From assembly GCA_009103225.1 (NCBI GenBank), contig RHPI01001737.1, positions 443,177-507,176 of the forward strand: a stretch of 64,000 bases of DNA. The letters are read 5' to 3'. The translations under genes were made by a program, and so were the position numbers. Position 1 is the first letter of the stretch. Each line of letters starts with the position of its first letter. This document shows positions 1-11,487 of the stretch, in pieces. The notes under the pieces are model-generated. The model was not told where the DNA came from. It saw only the letters and a program-made list of their open reading frames with translations, and did no database searches. This DNA is from Chlorokybus atmophyticus. Lineage: Eukaryota > Plantae > Mesostigma and Chlorokybus algae.

Positions 1-743
1 GTGAGCTTGACGTGCCACATACGCGGTGCCTGTTGCAGCCCAAACAGTGCCTTGATCAGCTTGCGTGCTGTGCCTCTCTCCCCCTCTTTATATCCAGATG
101 GTTGATAAATACAGATCTCCTCCTCCAGCTCTCCGTAGAGGAAGGATGTTTTCACGTTGAGGTGATGCAGCTTGAGGTCCTCAGCAGCAACTACAGCTAG
201 CAGTGCACGGAAGGTGGTATGCTTACTTGCAGGTGCAAACACTTCGTTGAAGTCCACACCTTTCTGCTGCAAGAAGCCCTTTGCCACCAATCTTGCCTTG
301 TAGCGCTCAATGTTGCCCTGACCATCACGCTTCACCTTGAAGACCCATTCCACTGGAATCGTCTTCACTCCTGGCGGTAACTGCTCCAGTGACCAAGTGT
401 TGTTGGCATGGAGTGACGCAATCTACTCGTCCATAGCACGCTGCCATTGCTCCGCATAGGTGCTTGGTTCTTCATTCTCCTGCACACTGGCAACATGTGC
501 CTTGTGTAGGAAGTCAGGTGCATTTCTTTCCCTCACTGGGTATTTCCAAGCTGCGTGCACCTGCTGCAGGCGCAGCTCCTCCTGGCCTGCTACAGCTGAG
601 TCCTGCTCACCCTTGTTGTTGATGATGGCCTTGCCTGTAGCCTCCACTGTCTCAGGATGCTCCTCCGGCTGTGCTTCATCTTCAGAAAAAAAGCCTGCTT
701 CTGGTTGTGATAACCCCTCATGGAAAACCACCTCTCTGCTCAC
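1..743 (-). pseudogene. copia reverse transcriptase N-terminal part plus linker
   Basis: EPSTYAEQWQRAMDE* followed in frame by IASLHANNTWSL...WVFKVKRD...RYKARLVAKGF...LFGLQQAPRMW (copia RT motifs); premature stop at 423-425. Confidence 0.92.
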
Positions 744-914
744 GTTTTAAATGTCTTCCAGCAAGATCCTGTAAGCCTTAGATTCCGGCTCGTAGCCAAC
801 GAAGATGCTCTTCTTGCTGACCGGTTTCAACTTGTGCCTAAGCTGTTTAGGCACTAGTGCATATGCCGTGCATCCAAACACACGCATACCACTCACATCT
901 GGTGTGGCTCCATA

Positions 915-2753
915 CACACGGCTTGACGTTGAAGGACCATGCATGGTTCTTTCACGGATCCCGCGGACCATGCATAGTCCGTACCCCGCGTGCTAGGACT
1001 GCCTGGTCCGCGGGGGACGGACCGTTCCTGGTCCGTTCGGGGCCCCGCGGCCCGTGAATGGCTGGCGCGGCGACGCGCACCACGCATGGTCCGTGCCGCA
1101 CCATCCATGGTGCGGCACGAATCAGTACTGTACTCTGGCCCTTGAATGCGGACCAGGTGCGGTCCCGCAGTCCTGTGGCTTTATTAGCATGCACCGTACA
1201 TGGTGCCGCATGGTCCGCGCCTCACTATGTACGGTGCAGCACGGACCAGTAACCGCGGCCCTGCCGCTATCATGAGTGGGTAGCAGCAACCTACGTAAGG
1301 TACAATAGATATACAGCCGACAGCCGCACCGACTGTCGGCTATACACCGTGGACAGCCGCAAGTGGATAACCGCAAATGGTCGGCGGCTAATTGACAGCC
1401 GGCCGGCTGTCAACTAAGCTGTAAGGGGCTGTCTATGCAATTAACATACTTCATGGTACCGTGCGTGTTAATGGTGCATGTTCACAGATTTTTGCAAATC
1501 TGTGAACATGCACCATTAACATGTTCTATGCGTCTATCTAAGTATCTACGTATATATGAACATTAAGTATATATTATAAAATACATATATATGAATGTTA
1601 GCGTGTGCACAAATGGATCCAAATCTCATACGTATTTCAAATTGCTATATCAGCCGTACTATGGGGTGAGCCGTGTTGTACAAGGTATGTCTCATGTAAA
1701 CATACGAATAAGAAGTATACAAAAATCGCGTCACTTATTAAAATAGCCTCTTATGAGACCGCAGAATGATTGAAAGCCCCGATTAAATATTGTGTCCAAT
1801 CAGACAGTAGATACCTACATTAGTGCCGCAATGCTCGGCGTTTCGTATTTATATCATATAAACGTGTATATGTATATATACGAATGTTTACATATGTACA
1901 CATGTATATGTGTGTATGCGCACGCAAGCAGGATATTGACAACCCCAAATAAGGTTACATACTCATGAGCAGCCCCCAACAAAGCATTGTAGTTTACACA
2001 CCTTGGCAGCCGCCGAGTTGCGGCTGCCTGTGTCATCAATAATGACTTAAAATGATGTGATACCGTGGATTAATACTGGTACAGCCTATGCACATTGATA
2101 GCGCATGCACTGCCTATGGGCCTGTCAATTCACAACGCCGACTTCCTGTGCAATTTCCGCCGCCGACAGTCGCCAAGCGGCCGTCGGTACAGTCTATTAT
2201 GCAAACACTGCACGGTTTTATCGGTACGTGCACATGTAGCTTAGTGGTCAGGGTGTCGTGTTTGTGTTCCAAAGGTCTTGGGTTCGACTCTCGGTAGATG
2301 CATGCGTTCTTCATTCATCATTTCTAAGACGCCGCGGCCTCGTGCGCTGCACCTGGGGCCCCGCAGGTTGGGCGTGGCCGGTGCTGCCGGCTCAAGATAG
2401 AGCACTTTTCCGTCATTTGCATTACATCTGATGCTTGTGAATAAATATTGCGGTCAATGGTCCGCTAGCCGGACCAGTAATGATTTTTAAACTAAATGGT
2501 TTTGTTAAGTCCCTGGTCAGCAAACTGGTTCGTACCTGGTCCTGACGCGACCGAAACCCCCCGGGAAACAGGCCGGACCAGACATGGTGCGACCCCCAAA
2601 AAACATGGGACCGTTCACGTGAGTTTCCGACCATGCATGGTCGCACTGTCAATGACAGTCCGACCAGACATGGTCCACGGAATTCACTTAGCAGGGGAAA
2701 ATCCCGGTTCGAGGGTACGGACCATTTATGGTCCTTTGACGTCAATCGGTGTG
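915..2753. mobile_element. Non-autonomous CAC-terminated DNA transposon (CACTA/Mirage/Chapaev-like), 1839 bp
   Basis: Left end CACACGGCTTGACGTTGAAGGACC; right end (reverse complement) CACACCGATTGACGTCAAAGGACC; TSD ATA at 912-914 and 2754-2756; ACCAT-N2-ATGGT arrays at both ends; AT-rich non-coding core. Confidence 0.93.
2230..2302 (+). tRNA. tRNA-derived sequence (pseudo-tRNA or SINE-like head) with Pol III A and B boxes
   Basis: TAGCTTAGTGG (A box) and GGTTCGACTC (B box) at tRNA spacing; acceptor and anticodon stems pair poorly. Confidence 0.55.
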
Positions 2754-3467
2754 ATAGAAGTGCTCCCGCGGAGTCTTCTGCTCTGAGCTCACCGGAGACC
2801 TGTTGCGGATGTAGTTGGCAGTGAGTACCGCCTCCTTCCCCAGACTGTCTTCCATCTTTGTGTCGTTGAGCATGGCTCGAACACGCTGCAAGAGTGTCCT
2901 GTTGAGGCATTCAGCTGCTCCATTCTGCTGCCGGGTGTAGGGTGCCGTTGTCTCGTGGCGTATGCCCTTGCTGTCGAAGAACTCTTTCAACTCCTTGTTG
3001 ATGTACTCCCCTCCTCGATCACTCCTCATTGCCTTCATCTTGTTGCCAGACTGGCTCTCTAAGAAGGCCACACCTGTGCGCACAGCTCCAGCAACTTCTG
3101 ACTTCAGTGTCGACGGAAAGATGACGGGTAGCTTGCTGTATTCGTCGAGGAATGTAGCAAAGTACCTGACCCCTCCCTTTGCCACAATGCGCATAGGGCC
3201 ACAGACATCCATGTGCACAAGCTTGCAAGGATGCTGACTGCTAGAAGAGAATGATGGGAATGGCATAGCATGCTGCTTTGCAACCAGGCATGGTTCACAA
3301 AGTGCACCTGATGGATTCTTGAGTTCTTCTGTGCTGAGATGGATGCCCTTGACCATCTTCTCAGCGACAAGGCGAGTGAGGTTGACGTAGATGAGATGCC
3401 CGAACCTTCGATACCACATTGTTGATGACTCCTTGTCCTTCACCACCATGGCTCGAATGTCAATGTT

Positions 3468-4337
3468 CTAAGGGTGCTGCTCCATGTGGTAGAGCCCTCC
3501 CGGATCAACGATTTTAACCATGTGCACAACCCCATCAAGGATGACTGTGCAGCCACCCTTCCGAAACACTATTTCTGCTCCCAAGCGCTCAGCAACTCTT
3601 ACACAGAACAGACTCGCAACAGCCTTTGGCACATGCAGAACGTCTCGTAACAACACCTCTCGTGGTGTGTTACCAACCTTGTACTGGAGTCGTACATTGC
3701 CAACTCCCTTAGCCACCAGTACTTCGCCACTAAAGCCTGCTTCCTTCACTGTAGACGTCAGCTTCTTGTAGCTCTCCAACTTCTCCTTGTTGGGTGTGAG
3801 ATGACGATCGCAGCCAGAGTCCACCACCCAAAAAGCTGTGTTCTCCCTCGAACCGGATGCGGTAAAGGCGACATGTTTCTGCTTGTAATGATGCTCGTTG
3901 CTGCTGTTGCTGGTGCTTGCTCTAGGTTGCCCCTGTTGTTTCTTCCGACAGTCCCGCTCGATGTGGCCCTTCCAACCACACCAATGGCATTTGAGGTCTT
4001 TATAATGAGGGTTGCCCGGTTTGTTGCCCTTGTACTTCTCTTTATGGTTGCTCTTCATTGCATGCTTGCCGGTGTAGAAGGCGACGGCATCCGCTTGCTC
4101 GTCCTTCTTCACAGCTCTCTGCTCCACGGTGAGCAGCTTCGGTAGCACATCGTCCGACGTCAACTCCGATAATGACGTCTCCAGCAGGGGTGCGACGACC
4201 TCGTACTCTGCTGGTAGCCATGCAACAGTAGCTAGCACGACCTTCGTTTCCCCCATGTTGTGGCCGACATTGATGAGGTCCGTCCATAGCTCTCTTGCGC
4301 GTGCAATATACTTCGTAATGGGTCCTGCTGCCTCCTT
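3468..4337 (-). pseudogene. copia gag C-terminus, zinc knuckle and protease
   Basis: CHWCGWKGHIERDC zinc knuckle; WVVDSGCDRHLT protease motif; LRDVLHVP...SLFCV. Confidence 0.93.
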
Positions 4338-5825
4338 CACGCGGCTTGACGTTCAAGGACCATGTATGGTCCTTCCACGGACGCCGCGGGCCATTCATGG
4401 TCCGTGCCCCGAGTGCCTGGTCCCCGGGGGGACGGACCGTCCATGGTCCTTTCGGGGCCCCGTTGACTGGCGCGCAATCACGCACCATGCATGGAGCGCG
4501 GCCGGACCAGGCATGCTTTCAGTCTCAAGAGTCGCGCAAGTCCAGACCATGCATGGTCCGCGGCCGAACCACGCACGTCCCTGGTTTTTATGTCAGTTTT
4601 CAAAAGGTTCATGCGTGGTCTGATTGTCAAATAGACAGTGTCAATGCCAAATACCGTATTATGGTTCCCGGCATTGAATGCTTTGTACGTAGTATTGCAC
4701 AAATTATGCACGGTGCGTTCTCTGCGGCGCAACTCACCGTGCCTGGTTCGTACACTAGGGTTTGCACCTACGCTGTACGCCATCAGAGTCCAATATACGA
4801 GCTCGACAGCCGGCAGTGCCGGAAGGCAACGCAGGAATGTCGTTGCTTCTAGCGCTGGACCGGTGGAGGTGGAGGCGGCGGTGAGCGGTGGGTACAGAGC
4901 TTATCTTAGCGATTAAATTGTTGTGCTCTTTATTAGTTGTTTAGCAAGCAACAGCAATAGTACCAGCACTTGTGGTGTTTATGCACGCACAAGTACATCC
5001 GGGCTTGCAACCAAATGATAGTTAATGTTAAAAACAATCTTATTTAGCTTGAGACGTTTGCTTGCTCGATTGGATTAAATTTTGGCATTGAGGCTCAGCC
5101 ATGGATGAGAATCCTCATCAAGGCTGTGCGTACTAACATAGCCTTGCAGAACGGTGCAAATTGCACATCTGACGATTGAGAGTGCGCATAAGACCACACG
5201 AGCGATAGCTGCCACGCGGATGGCGCTGCCCATAGTGTCACCGTCAGCTACACCATTATAGCTCCGCTGAAGGTGGTGGCGTCGGCGGCAGCGCGGGTGG
5301 GTGGATTGGGTGCGCACTTCAGCAAGCACGAAGTTGATGGCGCCCACATCGCCAATGAGAACATGAACAACTGCTGCGGCTTCAGCCACAATAATTGTTC
5401 ACTTGCCAAGCTCGGCAAGGCTGCCAGCTGCCTGGCTTCTGGGCACCGCCCATTAGGCCGGCATCGCTGGCTACGGCGTCATGCCCGAGGGGCAAGATGA
5501 CGCGACCGCGCACAACATGTGCGCACAAGCATGCTTTTCTAGTGCGTCCTCAGACGCAATAAGAGCATGCTTACAGAGAGACACTCGCTAGCGAATTCCA
5601 ATGCGTGAACATCTGAGCTTACAACCAGATAATCATTAATGTAAAAAACAAGCTTAGTCAGCTTGAGACGTTTGCTTGCTCGATTAGATTTAATTTTGGC
5701 GATAATACTCAGCCGTGAGTGAGAATCCTCATGAAGGCTGTGCGTACTAGCATAGCCAATTTTCACAACACACTCACTGCCAAGTTTTTACCACTTGCAG
5801 GCTTACACCTCAAGCCGTTGAGGCT

Positions 5826-6934
5826 TATGGCCGTACGCTGCGAGTGGCAACACTGGGTTGACAAGGAGAAGCTTCGAGTGGGGACCCAGCATAGCCGGGA
5901 ACAGCTGTTAGCAGCTATAGCCGCATCACAGATGATTTGCATGCATGCTACTAGTGCAGAGCACCAACGTGCCAACACTGTAGCATTGTAATGCCGTTTG
6001 ATGTGTAATAGGCTAAGGAGGGCTTGTGAAGCAATAATAAGCCATACACAACCTCTCAGTGTAGCGACTTTTGCTATCATGGCCTAGTCGGCTAAGCCTC
6101 GCGTTACATTGGTAATCGGAGCTCTAAAGGTCGTGGGTTCGAGTCCCATCAGGCGCATAGAATTGCGCGCGAGTGGGTAGGTTTTCGAGACTGTCGGAAA
6201 CGATCCAAGGCAGTTAGTGAGATTCGTTATGAATTTAACTTTGAGGTTAAGTCGACTAATTCGGCGCGCATGGTCGCTCCTGCGCACGGCAACGTGGCAA
6301 GTTGCTGCAAAAAAACTACGCGGCATGACCGGTAATGGCTGGTCATGGCCGGACGCGAGCAAGCCCTGCTGGTCAGGAAGGACCAAGATGTGCAAAATAA
6401 AATCGCAGTTAAAGTTGGGTTGAATGTAATGCCGGTAAATGTGGAATAGGCTAAGATGGGCTTGTGAAGCATTAATAAGCAATACACAACCTCTTATAGT
6501 AGCGACATTTGCTATCATGGCCTAGTCGGCTAAGCCCCGCGTTACAAGCATGGAGAGAGTTTGCCAAATTCGTGCAGAAACACGGGGAGAGTGTATTGGC
6601 TGTGGGGCCACATCTTGTACGCGCATACCTGCACGGGCATTGGTTGCCTATGCACGGAGCACGAGCTCGGTGTAACAACAGCTCCGGTGACTCGTGCGTA
6701 GCAGCTGGCTCATTACGAAATGTTGTCAACCACCTAGCCAATGGCTACGCCACACTAGGCCGAGGACATTCTTGGGATCCTGTACAACTTGTTGGCAATC
6801 CTTGCAGAGCACCAGAAATACAAGAGTACATGAAGGGATATCATTGCGTGCTGGTGGCTGAAGAGTGGCGCCTCGACAGGCTCAACCCTCTCCCCTCAAC
6901 GAGAGCCACATTCATCAGCTTTTGCAACATCTGA
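5826..6934 (+). pseudogene. Tyrosine recombinase N-terminal region, split by the TRIM; catalytic domain absent
   Basis: Removing 5987-6546 and one TSD copy restores ANTVA-WREFAKFVQ...VRAYL...SLRNVVNHL...LGRGHSWDP...GNPCRAPEIQEYMKGY. Confidence 0.7.
5987..6546 (+). mobile_element. TRIM (terminal-repeat retrotransposon in miniature), 560 bp
   Basis: Two 122-bp LTRs (5987-6108, 6425-6546) starting TGTAA and ending TTACA; perfect 5-bp TSD AGCAT; PBS-like TGGTAATCGGAGC at 6110; purine-rich tract before the second LTR. Confidence 0.92.
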
Positions 6935-9020
6935 CATATTGCAAGCCTTTTAAGGCGACCAGAGCCTGCGTAGGGAGCACCCAAGACAAGCCTTCGGTGG
7001 CAACGCACCAATCCGAGGCAATAGCGTTGCCAGCAGCACCAGGGCAGGCAGCCGCAGCGAAGAACAACTGTGCCTTGGCGTTAGCCTCCAAGGCAAAGCA
7101 ATCTAAGGTTGGTTGACCCCATCTGCTGATGAGCAGGTGCGACGGCGCCGGCGCCCAGCTGGCTCCAGTTGCCAGTGTCCGGCGCTTGCAAGAGGGCATC
7201 CGCCTCTTGCAGGCAGGCCCGCGGTTGCCAGCAGCAGTGCAGCTGCCAGTCCTGCTGCCACAACACTTCCCACAAGTTGTACAGCTCCCCCCGCAGGTAT
7301 GGATCACTCGCAGTCAGCTTGCTCAGCGCTGGCTGACAATCCCCCTGCATGGTGACACATGTCGTAAGCTTGGCTGCTGACGCGCAAGCTCGCACAGCAA
7401 TCTGATGTACGCCATTGCTTCCTTCACACATGGAGCCAATGCCAGCTCCTGCTCAGCAAAGTTCCCCTGCACTGGGCCCCATTGTGACAGCCCCCCAACC
7501 ATGCGTGCAGATGCATCTGCTTGCAGCAACACCGGTGCTGGCGGCTTCCACAAGGCGCAGCCGTGAGTTGTATATGCGCACAAGCGCGCCAGAAGCCACA
7601 CCAAGAACTGCGTGGTATCAGCTGGTGAAGTGAAAAGGCTGTCCCAGTTGCACGCACTGGCCAGGGGTTCCAGTAACGTGCGAGCAAACAGCAGGACAGG
7701 TGGCAATGTTCTCCAAGTTGCTGCAGCTTGTGAGTAGGCACGGCAAAGGCACCTGTCTGCGTGTCCACCATCAAGCCAAGCAACGTCAGTAGTTGAGTCG
7801 GATAGGGATTGCACTTAGGCAGCCCGAAGAAACACCCAAGAGCAGCGAACAGTTGCATTAGCAACTTCGTTCTCCACATCACATGCAGCTTGCGGTGGTG
7901 CGCCAGGTGCATGTCCTTAATGTATGCCAAGGGGCCGAACCCCAGCATCCGCAATGGTCCGTGAATCACTTGTTGCGTAATAGTAAAAGCATAGCATGCT
8001 ATACTCAGGCTAAAGGGAAGAACATTCCACTGAAATGTGACCTTGGTACGATATACACAGGAACCTGCGGTGTTGAGGCCGCATGGGAATGTGATGGTAG
8101 CCCGACTTCATGTAATACTAGCTTGCCACCATCCTTTGTGCGTGTAGTATGTCGTGTAGGATGTCGAATAACGTTTTATAATGAAAAGGAACATGTGCTA
8201 GAAAGAGATTCACATAGCGCAAGTCAATAACCATCCTGAGCTTTGGTTGCGTAACCACTCATCCCCGACACCACTTGCTCAGCTGCCTCCACGGACACAG
8301 GTGTAATAGCACCAGTGCACACCAAGGTGCTCAGCTCATTCTGCACGAATGCAGCGTGCTCTGTCACCAAAGCTCTATTGCGGAGCTGCATCGGGGTCAG
8401 AGTGCGTTTCAACAACTCTCCTCTGCGGTGCGCGCAATCTAGGCCTTCTTCCCTCAACATCATTCAACTTGGTTCCGCTTTTTGGGGGAAGCAGCAGCTG
8501 TACCCACAAAACGCAATGGCAGACCATGCCGTATCCATCCCAACACTATTTCCGCAGCTGGATGCTCCGTGTGCTTCAGCCAGCATTCCCACGCAGCTGC
8601 GTGGTGAGTTGGCAACGCAGCTGTGAAAAGCGTGGCATCATGCATGATGCCACGCAACTGAACCAACCACTCAGCCTCTGTACAGTCCGGAAGAACAGGT
8701 TCTGCTGCCAGGCAGGAAAGCTGGCGCAGCACGTGCATCACAACGCGTCGCTGCTTGTCTTGAGACCAGGGCGACGACAGCCTTGGCGTTGGCCATACCA
8801 TAGGTGATACTGCTGCTGGCTCCACCAGCAGAAAGGGTTGCTGCGCAAGCAGGTGCACGGTCTGCTCTGCAGCGTGGTTCGGATGTTCCTTGCCTGCAGA
8901 CAGCTCCGGCGCCCACAAGACATCCTGCTGGTCGCTTGAGGGTGCCGCGCATTGGCTTAGGTCCCCAACTGTAGCAGAAACAGCAACTGTGAGAGGAACA
9001 GTTCGTGCAGGCGCGGCCAT
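6915..9020 (-). pseudogene. DIRS-type RT, RNase H and methyltransferase-like (MT) domain, fragmented
   Basis: FQWNVLPFSL, LAYIKD (decayed YIDD), LLGLMVDT, ADAS..GG, GDCQPA, EADALLQAPDTGNW, WGQPTLDCFALEANAKAQLFF. Confidence 0.85.
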
Positions 9021-11487
9021 GGGCCCGGCGTCTGCTGACGCAACTCCCTCGTCAGCCCCATGCTAGTCATCAGCGGCGACAGGACAGCGTACTCAGCTGC
9101 AGAGTACGATAGACGACGCTGTATCTCTTCAACAGCACCTTCTGCAGAAGTTGCCGCAGCTGGCGACGGGCTGATCACGCGCCGCGCCATGCAGCGACAG
9201 CACGGCAAACTGTGCTGTGCTGGACAGCTGTGGTGCCAAGGCTGCAGGTGGCTCAGCGCGCGCCAGTGATGGTCACAGGCCGTCGTGCAGGCAGAGTAGG
9301 GTCGCATGCGTGTGGCGACACTGCATGCGTCGTAGAGACACTGCAGATCAGTCCCGACGCTAATGGGCCGAGCTGCTGCCAGAGCTTGTGCCGGCCCGAT
9401 CAGCGCTGGTGGCGCTGAAGTGCGCGTGAATCGAGGCAGAATCGCTGTTGGATGTCGTTGCCGAACAGCGGTTTGTTGCGGTGTTGGCTTGGTATATATG
9501 GTTCACGACGCGACGCGGGACGACGGTGCTTTGGGCTGATCAGTCAGTGTCGGCTGAGCGTGGTGTTCAGTCGACATAGCGCTGGCGATCAGGCGTGTGT
9601 CGTGGTTGACGAACTGTGGGTTTGCGTTTGTGTTGTTGGTCCATCGTTTGCAGTGCCATGCCGACGCTGTTCCATAGCGTTGTACCAACGTTTCCCGCCA
9701 GCGCAAATCAAACGCATGGACAAGTGTGTTGGGACTGTCGCTGGAAGGGTTGTTGAGGGGCGGCGGCTTGAGGGCGGCGGCTTGTCTGTGCTGGGGTTGG
9801 CTTGTGTGGGTGTTGCATCGGCATGGACGCGACTGTGGGTGCAGACTTTGTCATCCCACCATCGGTGACGTTGTCGCTCGGTGGGGCGCTGCCCTCCATC
9901 AGACGCAGTCGGTCTTTTTATGGGACGGCGTATGATCAGGTGAGTATGCATCTGTCGTTGTTTACTGGCCCGGCTTGAATGTGTGACCACAATTGATGAG
10001 ATGTTGCGTGTGTGGTAATATTTGTATAACTTGGTTAGGTGTCAATTGGCTGGCCGGTGCAGTTACTGGCATCACCTTGTGGGTCCATCGATGGTGTTCG
10101 TGAGGTGCATGTGGAGTTGCCAGGTGGTTTTGGGTTCCGCTTTAGTTTGCATCGTGTGCGTCGGGTGTCAGGCTTCCCGCAGCGTTGTAGCAGTGATGTC
10201 ATGGTCTGTGAGCATGTGGTGGGCGGTGTGGTGCTTGCAAGATGGGTGATTGCAACGGATTGTGATATGGACCCTGGACGCCGACGGCACTGGGTCGAGC
10301 AATAGCATGATACCGAGTGGCAACCTTTCGGGGTTGGGCAGTGGAGCCTTCATCCACTGCAAGGCGGTGAGCATAGGGACGATGATAATCCGGGTTTACC
10401 ACACCCTCCTCCCGCAGTTGAAGGTGGTGGGTGGCATCCTATCATGCCAACACGCATAGGTACGTGCAGCTGTTATGTAGGTTGCTGTCATGGCTAGTAT
10501 GTGATTGTTGATACGTCAGGCTGGAATGCTGTGGTGTGTGTTCTTGTATCATAGCTGTGAGTTGTGTGGTGTGCTGCTGTGCACTAGCGCAGGCACTGGC
10601 CTGAGCGCGCAAGTGATGTTGTGCTGTGCCAATGTACAGCGTTGACATAAATAGGTGATGTGCTGATGCACATAGTGTAGGGCTGCAATGCGAGGATGTT
10701 GCGTTGATCGCGTGCGCCGTCGGGTAATGTTACCTGCTGCTGTGGCATCGCCATCATCATCGCAGGACGCACGCTGCAGCGTGCCTCACAAACCCACCAG
10801 CTGTGGGTTTGTGAGGCAGAACCACCGTGGAAGCTGCAAGGACAAACGCACTGCCCTGCCTACGGTGCTGCATGTGTAGCTAGCTTGTAGCTACACCAGT
10901 GTTAAGATGGTGTAGACCTGTAATTGTGCCTGTGTATAAGCCCCCCACAGACTGCTGCAAGTGGATCCATGCGAGACTGTGTGTGCTGGCTGCGGTGCAA
11001 TGGTGTCAGTATTCTCTTTTGGCAATATGCAGGTAATAAAAATGATGCGTGCCTAACATCATATCGAACGGCAATTGAAGTAGTCTATGATTGCGACTAT
11101 ATAAGATTGTGTTGTGCTGCATACTGAGTTTGCATATGCAGATGCGGCTTGTATTGCATGCATGCCATGGATGGTATTATGATGGAAATTATGGGTTTCA
11201 GTGTTGTGGCTGTGTGAATATGCAAAGAAATGCAACTGTGTCGGTGCTTGCACATGACTGTATCGGGTTGTATAATGCACAACTGGGTGGTGTAAATGTG
11301 GTTTGCATGTAGCAATGTGCATGGTTGTTAATGCGTGTGCCATTGTCTGGGCTGTTGTTCTTGTAATCTACGTGACTCAGAACTTCAAGAACGAGTCAAT
11401 GGCAGATCGCATGTGTCCTCTTGCAAGCCCGCTGCGCCTCATCACTCACAGCATGAATGCCACGTGCTATGCATCTGGCCAGCATGT

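Larger units (their letters stand above)
747..3449 (-). pseudogene. copia integrase (zinc-binding region, rve core, SH3-like C-terminus) split by the 915-2753 insertion
   Basis: WYRRFGH, CEPC, LVHMDVCGP, RSDRGGEY, QQNGAAECLNRTL, RNRSP...KTPREHFY; removing the insertion rejoins HFY to GATPDVSGMRVFGC...FVGYEPESKAYR. Confidence 0.95.
1..4337 (-). mobile_element. Ty1/copia LTR retrotransposon, degraded; split by the 915-2753 insertion and truncated at 4337 by a second insertion
   Basis: Minus-strand domain order gag-protease-integrase-RT; in-frame stops and frameshifts; upstream gag and 5' LTR not found in the window. Confidence 0.95.
4995..9450 (-). mobile_element. DIRS/PAT-like tyrosine-recombinase retrotransposon, degraded; boundaries approximate
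   Basis: Minus-strand gag-like/RT/RNase H/MT-like domains, opposite-strand recombinase N-terminus, and diverged ~150-bp direct repeats at ~4995-5143 and ~5608-5757. Confidence 0.8.

Noticed and set aside
915-1260. CRISPR-like array from the repeated ACCATGCATGGT palindromes (also 4356-4620 and 27700-27970)
   Set aside because: Repeats are short, degenerate, irregularly spaced and confined to transposon ends; no cas genes; eukaryotic context
6110-6157. Complete tRNA gene
   Set aside because: Only the 3' half is tRNA-like; the 5' side is LTR sequence with no D-arm or matching acceptor strand
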